52,846 nucleotides of DNA from a virus (lineage: Duplodnaviria > Caudoviricetes). The stretch is from the IMG/VR virus record IMGVR_UViG_3300047457_000684, positions 1 to 52,846 of that record. One strand, written 5' to 3'. Shown one piece after another: positions 18,923-29,268 of this stretch (positions within the stretch are counted from its first letter, which is position 1; each line of letters begins with the position of its first letter). The notes under the pieces were generated by a model. That model worked only from the letters and a program-made list of their open reading frames with translations. It searched no databases and was not told the DNA's origin. A program made the position numbers and the translations under genes.

Positions 18923-19714
18923 ATGCCCCGCAACGTTTTCACCGACTTCGACTTCCAGGGAGTCTCGAAGCCCATCAATCTTCCGGCCCCGACCAATAGC
19001 GGTGACGCAGCGAACAAGGCCTACGTGGATTCGGCCGTTGAGGGCCTCGCGTGGAAGGATTCGTGCCGTGTTGCGACGCAGGCGAACCTGAACCTGGCCA
19101 GCCCTGGCGCGACGATCGACGGCATCACGATGGCCAGCGGGGATCGGGTGTTGGTGCGTGCGCAGACAGCGGGCGCTGAGAACGGCATCTACGTGTGGAA
19201 CGGCGCCGCGACGGCAATGGTCCGGTCGCTCGATGCCAACACGTTCCCTGAGCTGGAGCAGGCCACCACGACCGTGGAGGAAGGCACCGGCGCTGGCGTG
19301 ACCTACCGGCAGACAGCGGTGAACGGCACGCTGGGCACTACGGCGGTGAGCTGGACCACGCTGGGCACCAGTGCGCCGACGGCCAGCACCACCCAGGCCG
19401 GCATCATGCGCCTGGCGACCCAGGCTGAGGTCGACACTGGCACCGCTGCTGATCTGGCAGTGTCGCCGCAGACGCTGACAAGCTGGAGCGGTCGACTGCG
19501 GAAGGTCTCCGCAAACGTAGGCGACGGTAGCGCTACCAGCTACACGGTGACGCACAACCTGAACACCCGCGATGTGATCGTGCGTGTGTTCCCCAACTCA
19601 GGCACCTTCGATGATGTGGAGGTGGATGTGCAGCGCACCAGTGTGAACGCGGTGGCGGTGGTATTTGCAACGGCTCCAGCTGCTAATGCTTACCGCGTGG
19701 TGGTGCTCGGCTGA
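18923..19714 (+). CDS. Virion fibre-like structural protein
   Basis: PTNSGDAANKAYVD, DRVLVRAQT..ENGIYV, GIMRLATQAEV, VTHNLNT. Confidence 0.7.
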   Translation: MPRNVFTDFDFQGVSKPINLPAPTNSGDAANKAYVDSAVEGLAWKDSCRVATQANLNLASPGATIDGITMASGDRVLVRAQTAGAENGIYVWNGAATAMVRSLDANTFPELEQATTTVEEGTGAGVTYRQTAVNGTLGTTAVSWTTLGTSAPTASTTQAGIMRLATQAEVDTGTAADLAVSPQTLTSWSGRLRKVSANVGDGSATSYTVTHNLNTRDVIVRVFPNSGTFDDVEVDVQRTSVNAVAVVFATAPAANAYRVVVLG

Positions 19715-20403
19715 TGACCAGAGAGTTTCTCACACCACTTGATTTGAAGACTGAGCTGCTGCTGAGCGGTTCGGCCGGCACGTCTGGTCAGCAGGTCACG
19801 TCACAAGGCCCTGGGCTGCCGCCGGTGTGGGGTGCGCCTGGGAGTGGCGGCGGCGGCCTGCCATCCCCCGGCGTGGCGCCATGGAGCGGCGGCAGCGGGT
19901 CGATAATCGCGCCGAATAGCTGTTCTGGCACGCTTTCAACTGCCAACGCCCAAGCAAGCACTATTTATTTCCATCAGATCTTCATACCTGAGACGATTAC
20001 CGTCACTCAGTTGATCTGCCGCACAAGCTCAACATATTCCGGAACCAATGACGTACTGCTTGGCATCTATGCAAATACCCAATCACGTCCGACCACAAAG
20101 ATTGTTGAGGCATCGCTGCAGATAACAGCAAGTGGGGCGGCAACGTATGCGGTAGCAATTAGCCAATCTTTGTCAACCGGTTGGTACTGGCTGGCGTTTT
20201 TATCAACATTAAACGGCACGCCGAATTTTGCCGCCAACACCGCTAGCGCAGCTGGTATTAGTGGCGGCATGTTTGGTGAATATACCAATGCTGGTGCTCC
20301 AATCAGCTTTGTTCAGCAAACCGGCACGTCCGTGCTGCCCGCCACCGTGGGAACGGTTACAGGAGTATCTGGAAACCGCCCTGTCTGTTTCTTGGGGGTG
20401 TAA
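19714..20403 (+). CDS. Ser/Thr/Gly-rich structural protein
   Basis: Coupled ORF in the structural operon. Confidence 0.6.
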   Translation: MTREFLTPLDLKTELLLSGSAGTSGQQVTSQGPGLPPVWGAPGSGGGGLPSPGVAPWSGGSGSIIAPNSCSGTLSTANAQASTIYFHQIFIPETITVTQLICRTSSTYSGTNDVLLGIYANTQSRPTTKIVEASLQITASGAATYAVAISQSLSTGWYWLAFLSTLNGTPNFAANTASAAGISGGMFGEYTNAGAPISFVQQTGTSVLPATVGTVTGVSGNRPVCFLGV

Positions 20404-20405
20404 GC

Positions 20406-20756
20406 ATGAACCGCGTGGTCTTGATTGATAGCAACGGGCAGACCATTCAGACACTTGAGACTGAAGGTGACGCGCCAGCGCCTAACTACCAGGACTTCTA
20501 TAACAGCTTGCTGGGGAGCATGACCTATCAGGCGGTTCTTCAGACACCCGCCACTGCAGAGCAAGCCAAGGCACTGGCCATTTTTGTGAGCGCGATGCAG
20601 GACGCAATGGCGGGCCGGGTGAACCCTCCGGCGCTGCAAGGCGCAATCTGGCTACTGCTGAGCCAGGTGGCGCTCACTGAAGCTCACGTTGTTGAGCTCT
20701 CGGAACTGATGACCAGATACCACCTGAGCAGCACGTACACGCTGTCCCCGCAATGA
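20406..20756 (+). CDS. Hypothetical protein (possible fibre chaperone)
   Basis: Coupled ORF after fibre-like genes. Confidence 0.55.
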   Translation: MNRVVLIDSNGQTIQTLETEGDAPAPNYQDFYNSLLGSMTYQAVLQTPATAEQAKALAIFVSAMQDAMAGRVNPPALQGAIWLLLSQVALTEAHVVELSELMTRYHLSSTYTLSPQ

Positions 20757-21202
20757 CCGCCAGCATTCGCGAGCAGATCCTGAACCGGATTCATACGGTT
20801 ACGTTGCCCGGCACAGTGCAGGTTGGTAGCAGAATCTATCGCTCCAGGGCGCAAGCGTACGCTCGCAGCGAAGCACCGGCCATAACGATCAGCCCCGGCG
20901 AGGAAAAGCCGATCAACGCACCGCGCACGATCGGTGCCAGCATGGGCCGTTTAGACCTTTACCTACCGGTGCTGATCGAGGTCTACGTTCGTGGTGACGT
21001 ACCGGATCAGCTAGCAGATCCGATCGGCGTTGATATTCATGCCCGGATGATGGCCGATCGCACGATGGGTGGTCTGGCCATTGATGTGCAACCCGATGGC
21101 TGGCGGCCTGACTACGAGCAGGCTGATGCCACTGCTGGATGGATGGGCTCCAAATTCCTGATCCGCTATCGCTGCCTCGACGATGCGATCAATCAACAAT
21201 GA
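20753..21202 (+). CDS. Tail terminator/completion protein
   Basis: SIREQIL...RIYRSR...IHARMMADRTMGGLA; precedes the tail tube gene. Confidence 0.7.
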   Translation: MTASIREQILNRIHTVTLPGTVQVGSRIYRSRAQAYARSEAPAITISPGEEKPINAPRTIGASMGRLDLYLPVLIEVYVRGDVPDQLADPIGVDIHARMMADRTMGGLAIDVQPDGWRPDYEQADATAGWMGSKFLIRYRCLDDAINQQ

Positions 21203-21241
21203 GGTGGTCCATAGGCTGATGCAGTAACGCTTGCTGAGCTA

Positions 21242-21394
21242 ATGGCTGAGCACTATCAAAACCATGGACGCAGTGGAGAGTATGTGATGCTCCCTACTGG
21301 CGAGGTTGTGCCAGCCGCAGAGGCTGCGAAGGTTAAGCCTGCTGCTCCAGCAAAGGCTGTTACAGAGTCCACTGATAAGGCTGGAGACAAATGA
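21242..21394 (+). CDS. Small hypothetical protein, 50 aa (not in ORF track)
   Basis: MAEHYQNHGRSGEYVMLPTGEVVP...; ATGA overlap with the tail tube gene. Confidence 0.55.
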   Translation: MAEHYQNHGRSGEYVMLPTGEVVPAAEAAKVKPAAPAKAVTESTDKAGDK

Positions 21395-22566
21395 GCCTCC
21401 TCATTCGTAACTCGTTTCTGCTGGTCAAGAGCGAAGCAACCTACAGCACAGCTGGCAGTTTGGCGGCCACTGACGCCATGCGGATTATCTCATTGGAGGT
21501 GAATCCGATTACCGGCGATCGTATCCAGCGGAACCAGATCAAGGGCTTCCTCGGTGCTGATCGTGCTGCCCTGGCCCGCGAGCATGTTGCTGTCACCATC
21601 ACGTTTGAATGGGGCGGAAGTGGTGCAGCTGCTACTGCTCCCAGGTTCTCGCCGCTGCTGCTGGCCTGTGGGATGAACCTAACCAGTTCAGCGGAGCTTG
21701 CCGGTAGCGCCGTCGCTGGATCAGCCAACACCATCACGCTGGCGGCAACTGCAAGCGCTACAAGCGGCATTTACGTTGGCTATCCGATCATCATTACCAG
21801 CGGCACCGGTAATGGCCATGCTGGCATCATCACGGCCTACAACGGCACTACAAAGGTAGCCACTGTGGTTCCGACTACAGCTACATTTGTGCCTGGTGCC
21901 AGCAGTGGGTACAAGATCCCAGCAGTATCGCTGTATCAACCGATCAGTACCTTTGGCGCTAACTCCAGCGCAACGCTGATCGCCGTGAAGGATCAGAACG
22001 TGCATCGTATTGAGGGCTTCAGGGGTAGCATTGCACTTAATGCACCTCTGAATCAGTACGGTACATTCACTGTTACTGGGCTTGGTCGTTATACGACACC
22101 AACCGCGCGCACCACTGAGTCGTTCACGTTTGGCAACCAAGCCGATCCTGTGCCCGTGACCCCGCGTCACACCAGGGCGTTGCAGTTCCAGGGTTATGGG
22201 CCGTGTGCTGAAGGTTTCACATTTGACTGGGGCCTGAGCACCACGTTCCGCAGTCTGATTGGTTGCACGCCAGAGGCTGAGATTACCGATCGTGCAAACC
22301 CGAACGGTACGCTCACAATCGAAAATCCGCCTGTAGCAACGAAGGATTTCTTCACTGCTGCAGCAGATAGCACGGGTGCTAGTGATGGTCCCTTCATGGT
22401 GCAGCAGGGCACTGTTGAAACGCAGAGCTCGATTTTCTATGCACCACGAACGGCAATCAGTGGTGACCTGTCATTCTCTGATTCAGAGGGGGTTGACATG
22501 CTGAACATTCCGTTTACTGCACTGCCGACCAGTGGCAACGACGAAACCCGCCTGATTTTCTTCTGA
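21391..22566 (+). CDS. Major tail tube protein
   Basis: LLVKSEATY...PRFSPLLLACG...; upstream of chaperone and tape measure. Confidence 0.8.
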   Translation: MSLLIRNSFLLVKSEATYSTAGSLAATDAMRIISLEVNPITGDRIQRNQIKGFLGADRAALAREHVAVTITFEWGGSGAAATAPRFSPLLLACGMNLTSSAELAGSAVAGSANTITLAATASATSGIYVGYPIIITSGTGNGHAGIITAYNGTTKVATVVPTTATFVPGASSGYKIPAVSLYQPISTFGANSSATLIAVKDQNVHRIEGFRGSIALNAPLNQYGTFTVTGLGRYTTPTARTTESFTFGNQADPVPVTPRHTRALQFQGYGPCAEGFTFDWGLSTTFRSLIGCTPEAEITDRANPNGTLTIENPPVATKDFFTAAADSTGASDGPFMVQQGTVETQSSIFYAPRTAISGDLSFSDSEGVDMLNIPFTALPTSGNDETRLIFF

Positions 22567-22570
22567 TCTC

Positions 22571-23008
22571 ATGTTTGTACTCGATCAGTCTGATTCCTAT
22601 TTCTGGCCGGTTAGCATCGAGCTGCCGGAGAACGGAAAGAAGAAGACCTTTACCTTTGATGCGGAGTTTAAGCGGCTGCCGCAGGAGGATGTAGAGAAAC
22701 TACGGCAGCGTCATACAATCCAGATCAAACGGATTGTAGAGGCGATGGACAGTTACAAAGATGAGGATGGTCTAGGCATCAATGATGCTGGCGATGAAAC
22801 GCGCGAGCTTTGTGATGCCGTGATTTGCGGCTGGGCAAAGGTTAAGGATGCCGCTGGTGATGATGTGCCGTTTACGGAAGCATCCAAGCGGCGGATGTAT
22901 CAGGTGCAGGGTGCCCCGGCTGCGATTTTTGACGCCTGGATTGAAAGCCTGGGCCAGCCCAGTGAGAAAGGCGCTGCGAGAGCTGGAGGATTTCGGGCAA
23001 AAAACTAA
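22571..23008 (+). CDS. Tail assembly chaperone (gpG-like)
   Basis: FDAEFKRL...GWAKVKDAAGDDVPFT; ends in slippery A AAA AAC TAA. Confidence 0.85.
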   Translation: MFVLDQSDSYFWPVSIELPENGKKKTFTFDAEFKRLPQEDVEKLRQRHTIQIKRIVEAMDSYKDEDGLGINDAGDETRELCDAVICGWAKVKDAAGDDVPFTEASKRRMYQVQGAPAAIFDAWIESLGQPSEKGAARAGGFRAKN

Positions 23009-23349
23009 GGGACGCGGCGCGGTTCATAGCTGACGCCGCGAAACAGTCGGAACCTGATGATGGCAAGGATGCCGAGGATGCAGCAGCAGTCTTCGGCATC
23101 CCGCTTGATACTGAACCGCGAACAGAGCAGCCAGCTGAGTTTGCGATTGTGCCAGACAATGCTGCTGTTGTTGGATGGTTCATGCGAATGCAGACGCAGT
23201 GGCGTGTGGGCATGAACGGCCCGATTGGTCTGGATTATGGCCTATTTCTAATGTGGGCTAAAGATGAGGGTGTGAAGCGTAAGGATCGGCTATGGCTGCT
23301 GGATGATCTCCGATTGATGGAGAGCGAGTATCTGAAAGCGATCCGTTGA
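22999..23349 (+). CDS. -1 frameshift extension of the tail chaperone (gpGT-like)
   Basis: Heptamer AAAAAAC at 22999..23005; the -1 frame is open to 23349 (...MQTQWRVGMNGPIGLDYG...). Confidence 0.8.
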   Translation, partial: KKLRDAARFIADAAKQSEPDDGKDAEDAAAVFGIPLDTEPRTEQPAEFAIVPDNAAVVGWFMRMQTQWRVGMNGPIGLDYGLFLMWAKDEGVKRKDRLWLLDDLRLMESEYLKAIR

Positions 23350-23380
23350 TCCGTAATCTGTAGTAGGGACGGCCTGGTGT

Positions 23381-26300
23381 ATGGCGCTGAATCTGGACAC
23401 TGCGATTCGGCTGAGTGCTCAGGTAAAGGGTCTTGATCAGTTCAAGGCGTTGGCTGATCGGCTGCTTGGCGTTAAGTCTGGCTCTGAGTCAGCGAGCGGT
23501 GCTGTTCAGCAGCTATCAGGCGAATCAACGCGGCTGGGGCAAGAAGCGGTCAAGGCGGCCAGTGGTGTCAAGGTTCAAGGTGCAGCGCTGCAGGATTTGC
23601 AGGCAAAGACCAGGGCCAGTGGCGCAGAGGCCCGCCGCACCGGTAGCGAGTTCGGATCGCTGGGCGGTGTGTTTCAGCGGCTGCGTAGCCAGAGTGCTGG
23701 TGTACTTGATGGCGTCACCCAGTCCAGCGGGAAGGCCGCCAATGGGATCAGGGAGTTTCAGCGGACGATTCAGCTCACCGACGGCGATCTCGTGCGGATG
23801 CGTGAGCAGCAGCTGCAGCTGGCGGCATCAAGCAAGACGACCGAGCTATCGCTGAAGCAGCAAGCGGAAGCGTTGAAGCGGCTGCGAGAGCATGCCGAGG
23901 TTGGTGGTGGCGTCTACAAAGCACTCAGTGGCGATATTGCCAGGCTGCAGGCGGCAAACAAGGGTCTCGATGGCGCTGCGCAACAGAGCAGCCAGTCGAT
24001 TGCGCAGCAGATCCAATCGCTGACGGCGCTTCAGGCCAGCCTGCAGCGGACCGGGCATGACTTCGGCGCCACCGGCCAGCAAATCAATGCGTTGAAGCAA
24101 CGCGCCGCCGAGCTTGGCCAGGCATGGGAGCCAGGCATTCGTGGCCTGAAGTTGCTTGGCAAGGCAACAGAGGAAATGACAAGTCAGCAGTCCAGCCAAA
24201 TGGACAAGCTGAAAGGTGTGCTGGCGCAGGCGGGCGAAGGTTACAAAGCACTGGGACAACAGATCCAAGACCTGAAGGCAAAGGCCGCAGGGCTGGATCT
24301 GAGCAAGGGCCTCACCGTTGGCAACGTTGCTCAGGGCACCACCAGCGCGATTCAAAGCATCGTGCAGATGCGTCGCGACTTAGCCAAGTCAATGACTGGT
24401 CGTGTGCTTTTGACCGGTGAAGGCTTGGCCACTGCTGGTGTTGCGGGTGCTGCTGGTATGGGAGCTGCATCCGGTCTCGGCGGACTGGCTGGTGGTGCTC
24501 AGTCAGTTGCTAGCAGTCTTGATGCAATTGCCGCTAAAGCCGCAGCACTACCTGGCTTGCTTAAGCCGTTGGGTGGGCTGCTGTCTGAACCTGCAGCAGC
24601 TGCGGCAGGGGGGATTGCTGATCTGGCATCTAATCTCACCGCAGCACAGGCGAAGCTGGCGGCATTGTCCGCGCCGTTTGAAGCAATCGGCACAGCTATC
24701 AGTGCGATTGGCCCTGAAGCATCTGCTGCCGCTGGCGTGGCGTCACTGGCGATCGCTGGTGTGTATCAAGTGCTTAGCCGGCAAGCGGATGAAGCACAAG
24801 CTGATCTGGAGCGGTCGTTTAAGGGAATCAGTGACAGTGCTCAAGAGGTATTGCAGAACCTTACACGTCTGTATGACAAAGTTCCTGCTGCTCGACTTGC
24901 GGCACAAGAAGAACTGAGGCAGCGGAATCTACAGCGATTGGGTGAGCTGCCTTCTGATTCAGTTGAAGCGCGCCGGGCAGCAAATGCAGTCGCCACCGCA
25001 GAACGCGAGATTGAGCGAATCCAGATCCAGCAGCAGAACCTGCTGGAGCGGGCCAGGGGCGAGGAGAACCGCCGAACAGATGCGGTTCGCGAGCAGATCA
25101 ACCTGGCTCGCCAGCGGCTGTTTCAGCAGCAGGCCGAGACTCGTCTCGCTCAGGAGGCCTACAACTGGGAATGGCTGCGCAATCGCGAGGCTGCAGCGCG
25201 GACCCGTGCCAGCAGCGGCAATTCTGCCGCCGTTCAGGATGCACGGCTACGGCTGGAGGATCAACGCCGCGCGACGGCTGAAGCCCAGTCTTCACGCAAC
25301 TGGGAATGGCTCCGCAACCGCGAATCACGCGCCAAGATCGGCCAGGACGAAGCCCTGATGGCGCGATCAGCGGCGGCCGATGCTGCAGCTGCTGCCGACC
25401 TGCGCCGCCGCGCTGCAGCAGCATTCCCGGCGCCTACCACCCTTGCGCTACCAGCTGCAGGGCAGACCAGCTTCCAGGGTGCCATTGACAGCAGAGGCTT
25501 TGGTGGTGGTGCAAGGGCTCGCGTCAACAGTGGCGAAACGCCTCTGATCATGGCCACCGATCGCCCAAGTCGTCAGGCATTCCGTGGTGGCAACGACTAC
25601 GCGGGGCCTGGATTTGGCATCAACAGCAATACTGCCAATGCAACGACCCAAGCGGCAGGCCGCACCCGTGGCGCTTTGGCGGAGCTGTTCCTGACCATTG
25701 ATCGAGTCACAAGCTCAAGCAACGGCAGCATCAATAGCCTCCAGCGGCAACGGTCGGCATGGGAAGCGCTGCGTAACGCGGTGAACCCTGCGGCGCCGGC
25801 TTATGCCAAGGCCACGCGAGAGGTGGAAGCCCTCGATAAACGGCTGCAAGCGCTGACCGCTACCCAGCAGAAACAGGAGCGCCAGGGCATCGGCCGTGAG
25901 GTATTTGGTAGCGCTATTGGCTCACTCGCTGCTGGTGGTGGGTTCCAGGGTGCTGTGGGTGCTCTAGCTGGTGGTCTGGCGTTTAGCGGTGGCCCTGCTG
26001 GGATTGCTGCTGGTGCTGGCATCAGCGCAGCGCTGGGTGTTGGTGCGTTGGCCAGCCGGGTTGGTGTGGACGCTGAGATGGCTCAGGTGCGGCTGAAGGC
26101 TCTGACCGATCAGTTCGGAGAGTACAACCAGGCGCAAGCTGCAGCGGCACGGATCGCTAGCACGCTGCGGATCAGCACGGTGGAGGCGCAGGATAGCTTC
26201 GGCAAGCTGTATGCGGCGCTACGGCCTACTGGAGTGACGCTGCAGGAGGTGGAGGATGCATTCATTGGGTTTACCGCTGCTGCCAGAGCCAGTGGTGCCA

Positions 26301-28471
26301 CGGCTCAAGAATCGAGTTATGCGTTGCTCCAGCTGAAGCAAGCGCTGGGTTCTGGGATTCTGCAGGGCGATGAACTGCGGTCTATCAGGGAGCAGGCTCC
26401 GGCAGTGGGGCAGGCGATTGCTAAGGAGATGGGCGTCACGATCGGTGAGCTGAAGAAACTAGGTGAACAGGGCAAGATCACCACGGATATTGTGCTGCGT
26501 GCATTAGCGAAGCTGAAAGGCGAGAAGCTGGATCAGCTTAATGAACAGTTCAATACCAGCGCTCAGGCTATTAAAGACCTACAGATTGCTACTGAGAACT
26601 TTGGGAGGATTGTCGCTCAAGTATTTGGCCCTACCGCTGTTGCGCTGTTGAAAGGTTTTACTTTTGCCCTTCAAGGTGTAAATGCAGCTGCTACGGATGC
26701 TGCAAACGCACTTACAAAACCGAAGGCATATGCGGCTGAAGTCTCAATTCGGCAGGGACGCCTGCCTATGGGCATTGATGGAGCTGCTGAACTATTTAAG
26801 GGTTCTAGCGGTACTGGTGGAGTTGGTCTTACTGGATTGATTGCTGAGGCAAAAGAACTATCAAGGATGCGCAGGCAACCATACAACGATGTACTTCTGA
26901 AGCTAATGCAAGATAGGCTCAACCGTCTAGACACGCAGCAACAAGGAGGAACAACTCTGCAGCAGCAGGAGCGTGATGCTGCAGCAGGCGAGCGATCCGC
27001 CCCCCGTCGACGTGCTGCCGCTGCTGCTGCTGAAGATGCTGCCAAGAAGGCTGAAAAAAACAAGCCATCAGTAGAGGAACGGATCGCCGCACGCCCCTTC
27101 GGCCGCCAGATCATCGCTGCCGCACGTGCCAACAGCCTTGACCCAGCGCTGCTCGCTGCTGTGGTGTCCCAAGAGTCTGGTGGCAATCCACGCGCAATCA
27201 GCCGTTCCGGTGCCATCGGCCTTACCCAGCTCATGCCTGGCACTGCCCGTGAGCTCGGTGTGAACCCATACGATCCGCTCCAGAACCTCATGGGCGGTGC
27301 TCGATACCTCCGTCAGCAGATCAGCCGCTTTGGGCTGGAGGGTGGTTTGCGGGCCTACAACCAAGGCCCTGGCGCACAGATGCGTACGCCTAGCGGCAAC
27401 AGCCGCGAATCACGGGAATATCCCGGCAAAGTGCTGGCTCGCTACCGCCAGCTCACTGGTGGAGAGGGTGATCTCACCGGGATGGATACCGAAGCGCTGC
27501 AGGCGCGGATCGAAGAACAGAAACGCATACAAGAGATCCTGCGCAGCCGTACCGCTGAAATTGATCTCCTAGGAGTCAAGGTAAACCTAGAAGATCAGAT
27601 CGCTCAAGCACAGGGCCAGGGTGATCAGCTGCTGGCCCGCAGGCTGCAGGGTGAACAGAATATCGTAGATGTTCAGTCTCGTTACACTGAACTGCTGGCT
27701 GATCCGCAGAATCAAGATGCACAGATTCAGGAGCTGCTGACACGCCAAGGATTGCTTGAAGTGCAGGCCGAACAGCTTCGCACCGAACGTGAGCTACAGG
27801 ATCTGCAGCGTCAGCGCGCCCAGGAACAGATGCAAGCGCTGCAGCAATACATCGAAAAACAGTATGAGCTGAACACTGCGGTACAGCAGCAGAAGGCGAT
27901 GGCGGAGAGCATCTCCGGCACGATCGGCCAGGGTATGACCTCGGCTTTCGATGTACTAATCAGTGGCGCTGAGAACTGGGGTGAAAGCCTGAAACGTATC
28001 GCATCCGAAGCGCTGGTGGAGATCGCTAACCAGCTCATAAGGATCTACGTGATTGAGCAGGCTGTTAGTGCTATCAAGAGCTTCCTGTCGCCATTTAGTT
28101 CATCGACACCGATCGGCGCTGGTGGTGGCCAGGTTGGCAAGTTTGGCACTCTCGGCCCTAACTACGGTATACGGCAGTTTGAAGGCGGTGGTTTTACTGG
28201 CTACGGCTCTAGAAGCGGCGGAATTGATGGTCGTGGGGGTTTCCCTGCAATTTTGCATCCGAACGAAACGGTAATCGACCATACGCGCACTCGCGCTCCT
28301 GCTGGTGGCAGCTCTGCAGCACCGATCACCGTGAACGTCAGCGTCGATGCCACCGGTAGCAAGGTGCAGGGCGATGCCGGCAATAGTCAACAGCTTGGCC
28401 GTGCTGTTGCTGCTGCTGTGCAGGCTGAACTGGTTAGACAGAAACGACCTGGAGGGCTGCTGGCGAGCTGA
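23381..28471 (+). CDS. Tape measure protein with lytic transglycosylase (SLT) domain
   Basis: 1696 aa, Ala-rich; LQGDELRSI tape-measure motif; AVVSQESGGNPRAIS..GAIGLTQLMP SLT motif. Confidence 0.95.
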   Translation: MALNLDTAIRLSAQVKGLDQFKALADRLLGVKSGSESASGAVQQLSGESTRLGQEAVKAASGVKVQGAALQDLQAKTRASGAEARRTGSEFGSLGGVFQRLRSQSAGVLDGVTQSSGKAANGIREFQRTIQLTDGDLVRMREQQLQLAASSKTTELSLKQQAEALKRLREHAEVGGGVYKALSGDIARLQAANKGLDGAAQQSSQSIAQQIQSLTALQASLQRTGHDFGATGQQINALKQRAAELGQAWEPGIRGLKLLGKATEEMTSQQSSQMDKLKGVLAQAGEGYKALGQQIQDLKAKAAGLDLSKGLTVGNVAQGTTSAIQSIVQMRRDLAKSMTGRVLLTGEGLATAGVAGAAGMGAASGLGGLAGGAQSVASSLDAIAAKAAALPGLLKPLGGLLSEPAAAAAGGIADLASNLTAAQAKLAALSAPFEAIGTAISAIGPEASAAAGVASLAIAGVYQVLSRQADEAQADLERSFKGISDSAQEVLQNLTRLYDKVPAARLAAQEELRQRNLQRLGELPSDSVEARRAANAVATAEREIERIQIQQQNLLERARGEENRRTDAVREQINLARQRLFQQQAETRLAQEAYNWEWLRNREAAARTRASSGNSAAVQDARLRLEDQRRATAEAQSSRNWEWLRNRESRAKIGQDEALMARSAAADAAAAADLRRRAAAAFPAPTTLALPAAGQTSFQGAIDSRGFGGGARARVNSGETPLIMATDRPSRQAFRGGNDYAGPGFGINSNTANATTQAAGRTRGALAELFLTIDRVTSSSNGSINSLQRQRSAWEALRNAVNPAAPAYAKATREVEALDKRLQALTATQQKQERQGIGREVFGSAIGSLAAGGGFQGAVGALAGGLAFSGGPAGIAAGAGISAALGVGALASRVGVDAEMAQVRLKALTDQFGEYNQAQAAAARIASTLRISTVEAQDSFGKLYAALRPTGVTLQEVEDAFIGFTAAARASGATAQESSYALLQLKQALGSGILQGDELRSIREQAPAVGQAIAKEMGVTIGELKKLGEQGKITTDIVLRALAKLKGEKLDQLNEQFNTSAQAIKDLQIATENFGRIVAQVFGPTAVALLKGFTFALQGVNAAATDAANALTKPKAYAAEVSIRQGRLPMGIDGAAELFKGSSGTGGVGLTGLIAEAKELSRMRRQPYNDVLLKLMQDRLNRLDTQQQGGTTLQQQERDAAAGERSAPRRRAAAAAAEDAAKKAEKNKPSVEERIAARPFGRQIIAAARANSLDPALLAAVVSQESGGNPRAISRSGAIGLTQLMPGTARELGVNPYDPLQNLMGGARYLRQQISRFGLEGGLRAYNQGPGAQMRTPSGNSRESREYPGKVLARYRQLTGGEGDLTGMDTEALQARIEEQKRIQEILRSRTAEIDLLGVKVNLEDQIAQAQGQGDQLLARRLQGEQNIVDVQSRYTELLADPQNQDAQIQELLTRQGLLEVQAEQLRTERELQDLQRQRAQEQMQALQQYIEKQYELNTAVQQQKAMAESISGTIGQGMTSAFDVLISGAENWGESLKRIASEALVEIANQLIRIYVIEQAVSAIKSFLSPFSSSTPIGAGGGQVGKFGTLGPNYGIRQFEGGGFTGYGSRSGGIDGRGGFPAILHPNETVIDHTRTRAPAGGSSAAPITVNVSVDATGSKVQGDAGNSQQLGRAVAAAVQAELVRQKRPGGLLAS

Positions 28472-28473
28472 TT

Positions 28474-28809
28474 ATGGCCACATTTACCTGGGCACCGAGC
28501 TTTGAGGCTACTGAATCCAACCGGCCTCGTGTCACTAAAGCTCAATTTGGAGACGGATATGAACAACGTGTCAGATTCGGGCTAAATACCAACCCAAAAG
28601 AATGGAGTCTCGTGTTTGAAGGTTGCAGCGATGCTGAGCGAGATGAGATCTGCGCCTTTCTTGAGGCGCGTGGTGGTTCAGATTCTTTCGACTGGACACC
28701 ACCACGAGGCACTGCTGGGAAGTACGTCTGCGAAGACTGGCAGGTGACGCTACAGGTTTTCAACTACAGCAACATTCGGGCTACGTTCCGCCAGGTGTTT
28801 GAGCCGTAA
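28474..28809 (+). CDS. Minor tail protein (lambda gpM-like)
   Basis: FGDGYEQR...FLEARGG..SFDWTPP...ATFRQVFE. Confidence 0.9.
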   Translation: MATFTWAPSFEATESNRPRVTKAQFGDGYEQRVRFGLNTNPKEWSLVFEGCSDAERDEICAFLEARGGSDSFDWTPPRGTAGKYVCEDWQVTLQVFNYSNIRATFRQVFEP

Positions 28810-28845
28810 GCGGTCATTAGTCTGTAGCTAAATCTGTCCATCGTA

Positions 28846-29268
28846 ATGAGCACCATCGTTACCCGCTCTGGTAAGGGCTCGCCGCTCACCCATAACGAGC
28901 TGGACGCGAACTTCAATAACCTCAACAACGACAAAGCAGGTTATATCGCTGGCGAAGGTGGCGCCGTAGTTCAGGCCACCAGTAAGGCTACTGGCGTCAC
29001 GCTTAACAAGCGTTGCGGTGACATCACGCTGAATGGCGCTGCACTTGCGGCTAGCACCAACGTTACATTTACGCTGACCAATAACACAATCGCCGCAACC
29101 GATTTGCTGGTGATCCAGCATGTCTCTGCTGGTACTGCTGGAGCCTATACGCTCACAGCTCAGCCAGCTGCGGGTAGCGCCACAATCACCCTGCGAAACG
29201 TGACGGCAGGCAGCTTAAGCGAAGCAATCGTTCTGCGGTTTGCAGTCATTAAAGCTGCTAACACCTGA
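28846..29268 (+). CDS. Tail-associated structural protein
   Basis: TRSGKGSPLTHNELDANF N-terminus of fibre-like proteins; inserted between gpM and gpL. Confidence 0.6.
   Translation: MSTIVTRSGKGSPLTHNELDANFNNLNNDKAGYIAGEGGAVVQATSKATGVTLNKRCGDITLNGAALAASTNVTFTLTNNTIAATDLLVIQHVSAGTAGAYTLTAQPAAGSATITLRNVTAGSLSEAIVLRFAVIKAANT

Noticed and set aside
25155-25330. Repeated NWEWLRNRE peptide in the tape measure
   Set aside because: Internal repeats are normal for tape measure proteins
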